64,000 bases of DNA from Euglena gracilis (Eukaryota), in the NCBI GenBank assembly GCA_039621445.1, contig CP154954.1, forward strand, positions 27,578,123-27,642,122. The letters run 5' to 3'. Positions within the stretch are counted from its first letter, which is position 1. Every line of letters starts with the position of its first letter. A program made the position numbers and the translations under genes. Below are positions 26,207 through 37,600 of the stretch, in pieces. The notes beneath the pieces were generated by a model. The model was not told the DNA's origin and ran no database searches. It saw only the letters and a list, made by a program, of their open reading frames with translations.

Positions 26207-27960
26207 ACACTTTGGTCAAAGTGGCCTTGTCCAGGGACACTTTGGTCAAAGTGGCCTTGGCCAGGGACACTTCGGTCAAAGTGGCCTTGGCCAGGGACAC
26301 TTTGGTCAAAATGGCCTTCGCCAGGGACACTTTGGTCAAAGTGTCCTTAGCCAGATACACTTTGGTCAAAGTGGCCTTGGCCAGGGACACTTTGGTCAGA
26401 GTGGCATTGGCCAGGGACACTTTGGTCAAAGTGGCCTTGGCCAGGGACACTTTGGTCAAAGTGGCCTTGGCCAGGGACACTTTGGTCAAAGTGGCCTTGG
26501 CCAGGGACACTTTGGTCAAAGTGGCCTTGGCCAGGGACAATTTAGTCAAAGTGGCCTTGTCCAGGGACACTTTGGTCAAATTGGACTTGGCCCGGGACAC
26601 TTTGGTCAAAGCGGCCTTGGCCAGGGACACTTTGGTCAATGTGGCCTTGGCCAGGGACACTTTGGTCAAAGTGGCCTTGGCCAGGGACACTTTGGTCAAA
26701 TTGGCCTTGGCCAGGGACACTTTGGTCAAAGTGGCCTTGGCCAGGGATCCTTTGGTCAAAGTGGCCTTGGCCAGGGACACTTTGGTCAAAGTGGCCTTGG
26801 CCAGGGACACTTTGGTCAAAGTGGCCTTGGCCAGGGATCCTTTGGTCAAAGTGGCCTTCGCCAGGGACACTTTGGTCAGAGTGGCATTGGCCAGGGACAC
26901 TTTGGTCAAAGTGGCCTTGGCCAGGGACACTTTGGTCAAAGTGGCCTTGGCCAGGGACACTTTGGTCAAAGTGGCCTTGGCCAGGGACACTTTGGTCAAA
27001 GTGGCCTTGGCCAGGGACACTTTAGTCAAAGTGGCCTTGTCCAGGGACACTTTGGTCAAATTGGCCTTGGCCCGGGACACTTTGGTCAAAGCGGCCTTGG
27101 CCAGGGACACTTTGGTCAATGTGGCCTTGGCCAGGGACACTTTGGTCAAAGTGGCCTTGGCCAGGGACACTTTGGTCAAAGCGGCCTTGGCCAGGGACAC
27201 TTTGGTCAAAGCGGCCTTGGGCAGGGGTCCTTTGGTCAAAGTGGCCTTGGCCAGGGACACTTTGGTCAAAGTGGACTTGGCTAGGGACACTTTGGTCAAA
27301 GTGGGATTGGCCAGGGACACTTTTGTCAAAGTGGCTTTGGCCAGGGACACTTTGGTCAAAGTGGCCTTGGCCAGGGACACTTTGGTCAAAGTGGCCTTGG
27401 CCAGGGACACTTTGGTCAAAGTTGCCTTGGCCAGGGACACTTTGGTCAAAGTGGCCTTGGCCAGGGATCCTTTGGTCAAAGTGGCCTTGGCCAGGGACAC
27501 TTTGGTCAAAGTGGCCTTGGCCAGGGACACTTTGGTCAAAGTGGCCTTGGCCAGGGATCCTTTGGTCAAAGTGGCCTTGGCCAGGGACACTTTGGTCAAA
27601 GTGGCCTTGGCCAGGGACACTTTGGTCAAAGTGGCCTTGGCCAGGGATCCTTTGGTCAAAGTGGCCTTCGCCAGGAACACTTTGGTCAGAGTGGCATTGG
27701 CCAGGGACACTATGGTCAAAGTGGCCTTGGCCAGGGACACTTTGGTCAAAGTGGCCTTGGCCAGGGACACTTTGGTCAAAGTGGCCTTGGCCAGGGACAC
27801 TTTGGTCAAAGTGGCCTTGGCCAGGGACACTTTGGTCAAAGTGGCCTTGGCCAGGGACCCTTTGGTCAAAGTGGCCTTGGCCAGGGACACTTTGGTCAAA
27901 GTGGCCTTGGCCAGGGACACTTTGGTCTAAGTGGCCTTGGCCAGGGACACTTTGGTCAAA

Positions 27961-30900
27961 GTTGCCTTGACAGGGACACTTTGGTCAAAGTGGCCTTGAC
28001 CCGGGATACTTTGGTCAAAGTGGCCTTGGCCAGGGACACTGTGGTCAAAGTGGCCTTGGCCAGGGACACTTTCGTCAAAGTGGCCTTGTCCAGGGACACT
28101 TTGGTCAAAGTGGCCTTGGCCAGGGATCCTTTGGTCAAAGTGGCCTTCGCCAGGGACACTTTGGTCAGAGTGGCATTGGCCAGGGACACTTTGGTCAAAG
28201 TGGCCTTGGCCAGGGACACTTTGGTCAAAGTGGCCTTGGCCAGGGACACTTTGGTCAAAGTGGCCTTGGCCAGGGACACTTTGGTCAAAGTGGCCTTGGC
28301 CAGGGACACTTTAGTCAAAGTGGCCTTGTCCAGGGACACTTTGGTCAAATTGGCCTTGGCCCGGGACACTTTGGTCAAAGCGGCCTTGGCCAGGGACACT
28401 TTGGTCAATGTGGCCTTGGCCAGGGACACTTTGGTCAAAGTGGCCTTGGCCAGGGACACTTTGGTCAAAGCGGCCTTGGCCAGGGACACTTTGGTCAAAG
28501 CGGCCTTGGGCAGGGGTCCTTTGGTCAAAGTGGCCTTGGCCAGGGACACTTTGGTCAAAGTGGACTTGGCTAGGGACACTTTGGTCAAAGTGGGATTGGC
28601 CAGGGACACTTTTGTCAAAGTGGCTTTGGCCAGGGACACTTTGGTCAAAGTGGCCTTGGCCAGGGACACTTTGGTCAAAGTGGCCTTGGCCAGGGACACT
28701 TTGGTCAAAGTGGCCTTGGCCAGGGACACTTTGGTCAAAGTGGCCTTGGCCAGGGATCCTTTGGTCAAAGTGGCCTTGGCCAGGGACACTTTGGTCAAAG
28801 TGGCCTTGGCCAGGGACACTTTGGTCAAAGTGGCCTTGGCCAGGGATCCTTTGGTCAAAGTGGCCTTCGCCAGGGACACTTTGGTCAGAGTGGCATTGGC
28901 CAGGGACACTTTGGTCAAAGTGGCCTTGGCCAGGGACACTTTGGTCAAAGTGGCCTTGGCCAGGGACACTTTGGTCAAAGTGGCCTTGGCCAGGGACACT
29001 TTGGTCAAAGTGGCCTTGGCCAGGGACACTTTAGTCAAAGTGGCCTTGTCCAGGGACACTTTGGTCAAATTGGCCTTGGCCCGGGACACTTTGGTCAAAG
29101 CGGCCTTGGCCAGGGACACTTTGGTCAATGTGGCCTTGGCCAGGGACACTTTGGTCAAAGTGGCCTTGGCCAGGGACACTTTGGTCAAAGCGGCCTTGGC
29201 CAGGGACACTTTGGTCAAAGCGGCCTTGGGCAGGGGTCCTTTGGTCAAAGTGGCCTTGGCCAGGGACACTTTGGTCAAAGTTGACTTGGCTAGGGACACT
29301 TTGGTCAAAGTGGGATTGGCCAGGGACACTTTTGTCAAAGTGTCTTTGGCCAGGGACACTTTGGTCAAAGTGGCCTTGGCCAGGGACACTTTGGTCAAAG
29401 TGGCCTTGGCCAGGGACACTTTGGTCAAAGTGGCCTTGGCCAGGGACACTTTGGTCAAAGTGGCCTTGGCCAGGGACACTTTGGTCAAAGTGGCCTTGGC
29501 CAGGGACACTTTGGTCAAAGTGGCCTTGGCCAGGGATCCTTTGGTCAAAGTGGCCTTGGCCAGGGACACTTTGGTCAAAGTGGCCTTGGCCAGGGACACT
29601 TTGGTCAAAGTGGCCTTGGCCAGGGATCCTTTGGTCAAAGTGGCCTTGGCCAGGGACACTTTGGTCAAAGTGGCCTTGGCCAGGGACACTTTGGTCAAAG
29701 TGGCCTTGGCCAGGGATCCTTTGGTCAAAGTGGCCTTCGCCAGGAACACTTTGGTCAGAGTGGCATTGGCCAGGGACACTATGGTCAAAGTGGCCTTGGC
29801 CAGGGACACTTTGGTCAAAGTGGCCTTGGCCAGGGACACTTTGGTCAAAGTGGCCTTGGCCAGGGACACTTTGGTCAAAGTGGCCTTGGCCAGGGACACT
29901 TTGGTCAAAGTGGCCTTGGCCAGGGACCCTTTGGTCAAAGTGGCCTTGGCCAGGGACACTTTGGTCAAAGTGGCCTTGGCCAGGGACACTTTGGTCTAAG
30001 TGGCCTTGGCCAGGGACACTTTGGTCAAAGTTGCCTTGACAGGGACACTTTGGTCAAAGTGGCCTTGACCCGGGATACTTTGGTCAAAGTGGCCTTGGCC
30101 AGGGACACTGTGGTCAAAGTGGCCTTGGCCAGGGACACTTTCGTCAAAGTGGCCTTGTCCAGGGACACTTTGGTCAAAGTGGCCTTGGCCAGGGATCCTT
30201 TGGTCAAAGTGGCCTTCGCCAGGGACACTTTGGTCAGAGTGGCCTTGGCCAGGGACACTTTGGTCAAAGTGGCCTTGGCCAGGGACACTTTGGTCAAAGT
30301 GGCCTTGGCCAGGGACACTTTGGTCAAAGTGGCCTTGGCCAGGGACACTTTGGTCAAAGTGGCCTTGGCCAGGGACACTTTAGTCAAAGTGGCCTTGTCC
30401 AGGGACACTTTGGTCAAAGTGGCCTTGGCCAGGGACACTTTGGTCAAAGCGGCCTTGGCCAGGGACACTTTGGTCAATGTGGCCTTGGCCAGGGACACTT
30501 TGGTCAAAGTGGCCTTGGCCAGGGACACTTTGGTCAAAGCGGCCTTGGCCAGGGACACTTTGGTCAAAGCGGCCTTAGGCAGGGGTCCTTTGGTCAAAGT
30601 GGCCTTGGCCAGGGACACTTTGGTCAAAGTGGACTTGGCTAGGGACACTTTGGTCAAAGTGGGATTGGCCAGGGACACTTTTGTCAAAGTGGCTTTGGCC
30701 AGGGACACTTTGGTCAAAGTGGCCTTGGCCAGGGACACTTTGGTCAAAGTGGCCTTGGCCAGGGACACTTTGGTCAAAGTGGCCTTGGCCAGGGACACTT
30801 TGGTCAAAGTGGCCTTGGCCAGGGATCCTTTGGTCAAAGTGGCCTTGGCCAGGGACACTTTGGTCAAAGTGGCCTTGGCCAGGGACACTTTGGTCAAAGT

Positions 30901-31650
30901 GGCCTTGGCCAGGGATCCTTTGGTCAAAGTGGCCTTCGCCAGGGACACTTTGGTCAGAGTGGCATTGGCCAGGGACACTTTGGTCAAAGTGGCCTTGGCC
31001 AGGGACACTTTGGTCAAAGTGGCCTTGGCCAGGGACACTTTGGTCAAAGTGGCCTTGGCCAGGGACACTTTGGTCAAAGTGGCCTTGGCCAGGGACACTT
31101 TAGTCAAAGTGGCCTTGTCCAGGGACACTTTGGTCAAATTGGCCTTGGCCCGGGACACTTTGGTCAAAGCGGCCTTGGCCAGGGACACTTTGGTCAATGT
31201 GGCCTTGGCCAGGGACACTTTGGTCAAAGTGGCCTTGGCCAGGGACACTTTGGTCAAAGCGGCCTTGGCCAGGGACACTTTGGTCAAAGCGGCCTTGGGC
31301 AGGGGTCCTTTGGTCAAAGTGGCCTTGGCCAGGGACACTTTGGTCAAAGTGGACTTGGCTAGGGACACTTTGGTCAAAGTGGGATTGGCCAGGGACACTT
31401 TTGTCAAAGTGTCTTTGGCCAGGGACACTTTGGTCAAAGTGGCCTTGGCCAGGGACACTTTGGTCAAAGTGGCCTTGGCCAGGGACACTTTGGTCAAAGT
31501 GGCCTTGGCCAGGGACACTTTGGTCAAAGTGGCCTTGGCCAGGGACCCTTTGGTCAAAGTGGCCTTGGCCAGGGACACTTTGGTCAAAGTGGCCTTGGCC
31601 AGGGACACTTTGGTCTAAGTGGCCTTGGCCAGGGACACTTTGGTCAAAGT
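27961..31650 (+). repeat. 2069-bp higher-order repeat of the 30-mer with an internal 720-bp (24-unit) duplication
   Basis: The 29-bp unit GTTGCCTTGACAGGG occurs at 27961 and 30030. The G(G/A)GCAGGGGTCC-type marker occurs at 28508/29228 and 30577/31297 (720 bp apart). Confidence 0.85.
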
Positions 31651-34600
31651 GGCCTTGGCCAGGGACACTTTGGTCAAAGTGGCCTTGGCCAGGGACAGTT
31701 TGGTCAAAGTGGCCTTGGCCAGGGACACTTTGGTCAAAGTGGCCTTGGCCAGGGACACTTTCGTCAAAGTGGCCTTGGCCAGGGACACTTTGGTCAAAGT
31801 GGCCTTGGCCAGGGACACCTTGGTCAAAGTGGCCTTGGCCAGGGACACTTTGGTCAAAGTGGCCTTGGCGAGGGACACTTTGGTCAAAGTGGCCTTGACC
31901 CGGGATACTTTGGTCAAAGTGGCCTTGGCCAGGGACACTGTGGTCAAAGTGGCCTTGGCCAGGGACACTTTCGTCAAAGTGGCCTTGTCCAGGGACACTT
32001 TGGTCAAAGTGGCCTTGGCCAGGGACACCTTGGTCAAAGTGGCCTTGGCCAGGGACACTTTGGTCAAAGTGGCCTTGGCCAGGGACAGTTTGGTCAAAGT
32101 GGCCTTGGCCAGGGACACTTTGGTCAAAGTGGCCTTGGCCAGGGACACTTTTATCAAAGTGGCCTTGGCCAGGGACACTTTGGTCAAAGTGGCCTTGGCC
32201 AGGGACGCTTTGGTCAAAGTGGCCTTTGCCAGGGACACTTTGGTCAAAGTTGCCTTGGCCAGGGAAACTTTGGTCAAAGTGGCCTTGGCCAGGGACACTT
32301 TGGTCAAAGTGGCCTTGGCCAGGGACACTTTGGTCAAAGTGTTCTTGGCCAGGGACACTTTGGTCAAAGCGGCCTTGGCCAGGGATCCTTTGGTCAAAGT
32401 GGCCTTGGCCAGGGACACTTTGGTCAAAGTGGCATTGGCCAGGGACACTTTGGTCAAAGTGCCCTTGGCCAGGGACACTTTGGTAAGTGGCCTTGGCCAG
32501 GGACACTTTGGTCAAAGTGGCCGTGGCCAGGGACACTTTGGTCAAAGTGGCCTTGGCCAGGGACACCTTGGTCAAAGTGGCATTGGCCAGGGACAATTTG
32601 GTCAAAGTGGCCTTGGCCAGGGAAACTTTGGTCAAGGCGGCATTGTCCAGGGACACTTTGGTCAAATTTGCATTGGCCAGGGACACTTTGGTCAAAGTGG
32701 CCTTGGCCAGGGACACTTTGGTCAAAGTGGCCTTGGCCAGGGACACTTTGGTCAAAGTGGCCTTGGCCAGGGACACTTTGGTCAAAGTGGCCTTGGCCAG
32801 GGACACCTTGGTCAAAGTGGCATTGGCCAGGGACAATTTGGTCAAAGTGCCCTTGGCCAGGGACACTTTGATCAAAATGGCCTTGGCCAGGGAAAGTTTG
32901 GTCAAAGTGGCCTTGGCCAGGGACACTTTGGTCAAAGCGGCCTTGGCCAGGGACACCTTGGTCAAAGTGGCCTTGGCCAGGGACACTTTGGTCAAAGTGG
33001 CCTTGGCCAGGGACACTTTGGTCAAAGTGGCCTTGGCCAGGGACACCTTGGTCAAAGTGGCCTTGGCCAGGGACACTTTGGTCAAAGTGGCCTTGGCCAG
33101 GGACACTTTGGTCAAAGTGGCCTTGGCCCGGGACACTTTGGTCAAAGTGGCCTTGGCCATGGACACCTTGGTCAAAGTGGCCTTGGCCAGGGACACTTTG
33201 GTCAAAGTGGCCTTGGCCAGGGACACTTTGGTCAAAGCGGCCTTGGCCAGGGACACTTTGGTCAAAGCGGCCTTGGGCAGGGGTCCTTTGGTCAAAGTGG
33301 CCTTGGCCAGGGACACTTTGGTCAAAGTGGACTTGGCTAGGGACACTTTGGTCAAAGTGGGATTGGCCAGGGACACTTTTGTCAAAGTGTCTTTGGCCAG
33401 GGACACTTTGGTCAAAGTGGCCTTGGCCAGGGACACTTTGGTCAAAGTGGCCTTGGCCAGGGACACTTTGGTCAAAGTGGCCTTGGCCAGGGACACTTTG
33501 GTCAAATGGCCTTGGCCAGGGACCCTTTGGTCAAAGTGGCCTTGGCCAGGGACACTTTGGTCAAAGTGGCCTTGGCCAGGGACACTTTGGTCTAAGTGGC
33601 CTTGGCCAGGGACACTTTGGTCAAAGTGGCCTTGGCCAGGGACACTTTGGTCAAAGTGGCCTTGGCCAGGGACAGTTTGGTCAAAGTGGCCTTGGCCAGG
33701 GACACTTTGGTCAAAGTGGCCTTGGCCAGGGACACTTTCGTCAAAGTGGCCTTGTCCAGGGACACTTTGGTCAAAGTGGCCTTGGCCAGGGACACCTTGG
33801 TCAAAGTGGCCTTGGCCAGGGACACTTTGGTCAAAGTGGCCTTGGCGAGGGACACTTTGGTCAAAGTGGCCTTGACCCGGGATACTTTGGTCAAAGTGGC
33901 CTTGGCCAGGGACACTGTGGTCAAAGTGGCCTTGGCCAGGGACACTTTCGTCAAAGTGGCCTTGTCCAGGGACACTTTGGTCAAAGTGGCCTTGGCCAGG
34001 GACACCTTGGTCAAAGTGGCCTTGGCCAGGGACACTTTGGTCAAAGTGGCCTTGGCCAGGGACAGTTTGGTCAAAGTGGCCTTGGCCAGGGACACTTTGG
34101 TCAAAGTGGCCTTGGCCAGGGACACTTTTATCAAAGTGGCCTTGGCCAGGGACACTTTGGTCTAAGTGGACTTGGCCAGGGACGCTTTGGTCAAAGTGGC
34201 CTTTGCCAGGGACACTTTGGTCAAAGTTGCCTTGGCCAGGGAAACTTTGGTCAAAGTGGCCTTGGCCAGGGACACTTTGGTCAAAGTGGCCTTGGCCAGG
34301 GACATTTTGGTCAAAGTGGCCTTGGCCAGTGACACCTTGGTCAAAGCGGCCTTGGCCAGGGATCCTTTGGTCAAAGTGGCCTTGGCCAGGGACACTTTGG
34401 TCAAAGTGGCATTGGCCAGGGATACTTTGGTCAAAGTGCCCTTGGCCAGGGACACTTTGGTCATAGTGGCCTTGGCCAGGGACACTTTGGTCAAAGTGGC
34501 CGTGGCCAGGGACACTTTGGTCAAAGTGGCCTTGGCCAGGGACACCTTGGTCAAAGTGGCATTGGCCAGGGACAATTTGGTCAAAGTGGCCTTGGCCAGG

Positions 34601-37600
34601 GAAACTTTGGTCAAGGCGGCATTGTCCAGGGACACTTTGGTCAAATTTGCATTGGCCAGGGACACTTTGGTCAAAGTGGCCTTGGCCAGGGACACTTTGG
34701 TCAAAGTGGCCTTGGCCAGGGACACTTTGGTCAAAGTGGCCTTGGCCAGGGACACTTTGGTCAAAGTGGCCTTGGCCAGGGACACCTTGGTCAAAGTGGC
34801 ATTGGCCAGGGACAATTTGGTCAAAGTGCCCTTGGCCAGGGACACTTTGATCAAAATGGCCTTGGCCAGGGAAAGTTTGGTCAAAGTGGCCTTGGCCAGG
34901 GACACTTTGGTCAAAGCGGCCTTGGCCAGGGACACCTTGGTCAAAGTGGCCTTGGCCAGGGACACTTTGGTCAAAGTGGCCTTGGCCAGGGACACTTTGG
35001 TCAAAGTGGCCTTGGCCATGGACACCTTGGTCAAAGTGGCCTTGGCCAGGGACACTTTGGTCAAAGTGGCCTTGGCCAGGGACACCTTGGTCAAAGTGGC
35101 CTTGGCCAGGGACACTTTGGTCAAAGTGGCCTTGGCCAGGGACACTTTGGTCAAAGTGGCCTTGGCCAGGGACACTTTGGTCAAAGTGGCCTTGGCCAGG
35201 GACACCTTGGTCAAAGTGGCCTTGGACAGGGGCACTTTGGTCAAAGTGGCTTTGGCCAGGGACACGTTGGTCAAAGTGGCCTTGACCAGGGACACTTTGG
35301 TCAAAGTGGCCTTGGCCAGGGACATTTTGGTCAAAGTGGCCTTGGCCAGGGACAGTTTGGTCAAAGTGCCCTTGGCCAGGGATACTTTGGTCAAAGTGGC
35401 CTTGGCCAGGGACACTGTGGTCAAAGTGGCCTTGGCCAGGGACACTTTGGTCAAAGTGGCCGTGGCCAGGGACATTTTGGTCAAAGTGGCCTTGGCCAGT
35501 GACACCTTGTTCAAAGTGGCCTTGGCCAGGGAAACTTTGGTCAAGGCGGCATTGTCCAGGGACACTTTGGTCAAATTTGCATTGGCCAGGGACACTTCGG
35601 TCAAAGTGGCCTTGGCCAGGGACACTTTGGTCAAAGTGGCCTTGGCCAGGGACACTTTGGTCAAAGTGGCCTTGGCCAGGGACACTTTGGTCAAAGTGGC
35701 CTTGGCCAGGGACACCTTGGTCAAAGTGGCATTGGCCAGGGACAATTTGGTCAAAGTGGCCTTGGCCAGGGACAGTTTGGTCAAAGTGGCCTTGGCCAGG
35801 GACACTTTGGTCAAAGTGGCCTTGGCCGGGGACACTTTTATCAAAGTGGCCTTGGCCAGGGACACTTTGGTCTAAGTGGACTTGGCCAGGGACGCTTTGG
35901 TCAAAGTGGCCTTTGCCAGGGACACTTTGGTCAAAGTTGCCTTGGCCAGGGACACTTTGGTCAAAGTGGCCTTGGCCAGGGACACTTTGGTCAAAGCGGC
36001 CTTGGCCAGGGACACCTTGGTCAAAGTGGCCTTGGCCAGGGACACTTTGGTCAAAGTGGCCTTGGCCAGGGACACTTTGGTCAAAGTGGCCTTGGCCACG
36101 GACACCTTGGTCAAAGTGGCCTTGGCCAGGGACACTTTGGTCAAAGTGGCCTTGACCAGGGACACTTTGGTCAAAGTGGCCTTGGCCAGGGACACTTTGG
36201 TCAAAGTGGCCTTGGCCAGGGACAGTTTGGTCAAAGTGGCCTTGGCCAGGGACACTTTGGTCAAAGTGGCCTCAGCCAGGGACACTTTGGTCAAAGTGGC
36301 CTTGGCCAGGGACACCTTGGTCAAAGTGGCATTGGCCAGGGACAATTTGGTCAAAGTGGCCTTGGCCAGGGACACTTTGGTCAAAGTGGTCTTGGCCAGG
36401 GACACTTTGGTCAAAGTGGCCTTGGCCAGGGACACCTTGGTCAAAGTGGCCTTGGAGAGGGACACTTTGGTCAAAGTGGCCTTGGCCAGGGACACTTTGG
36501 ACAAAGTGGCCTTGGCCAGGGACACTTTGGTCAAAGTGGCCTTGGCCAGGGACACCTTGGTCAAAGTGGCCTTGGACAGGGGCACTTTGGTCAAAGTGGC
36601 CTTGGCCAGGGACACTTTGGTCAAAGTGGCCTCAGCCAGGGACACTTTGGTCAAAGTGGCCTTGGCCAGGGACACCTTGGTCAAAGTGGCCTTGGCCAGG
36701 GACACTTTGGTCAAAGTGGCCGTGGCCAGGGACATTTTGGTCAAAGTGGCCTTGGCCAGTGACACCTTGTTCAAAGTGGCCTTGGCCAGGGAAACTTTGG
36801 TCAAGGCGGCATTGTCCAGGGACACTTTGGTCAAATTTGCATTGGCCAGGGACACTTCGGTCAAAGTGGCCTTGGCCAGGGACACTTTGGTCAAAGTGGC
36901 CTTGGCCAGGGACACTTTGGTCAAATTGGCCTTGGCCAGGGACACTTTTATCAAAGTGGCCTTGGCCAGGGACACTTTGGTCTAAGTGGACTTGGCCAGG
37001 GACGCTTTGGTCAAAGTGGCCTTTGCCAGGGACACTTTGGTCAAAGTTGCCTTGGCCAGGGACACTTTGGTCAAAGTGGCCTTGGCCAGGGACACTTTGG
37101 TCAAAGCGGCCTTGGCCAGGGACACCTTGGTCAAAGTGGCCTTGGCCAGGGACACTTTGGTCAAAGTGGCCTTGGCCAGGGACACTTTGGTCAAAGTGGC
37201 CTTGGCCACGGACACCTTGGTCAAAGTGGCCTTGGCCAGGGACACTTTGGTCAAAGTGGCCTTGACCAGGGACACTTTGGTCAAAGTGGCCTTGGTCAGG
37301 GACACTTTGGTCAAAGTGGCCTTGGCCAGGGACAGTTTGGTCAAAGTGGCCTTGGCCAGGGACACTTTGGTCACAGTGGCCTCAGCCAGGGACACTTTGG
37401 TCAAAGTGGCCTTGGCCAGGGACACCTTGGTCAAAGTGGCATTGGCCAGGGACAATTTGGTCAAAGTGCCCTTGGCCAGGGACACTTTGGTCAAAGTGGT
37501 CTTGGCCAGGGACACTTTGGTCAAAGTGGCCTTGGCCAGGGACACCTTGGTCAAAGTGGCCTTGGAGAGGGACACTTTGGTCAAAGTGGCCTTGGCCAGG

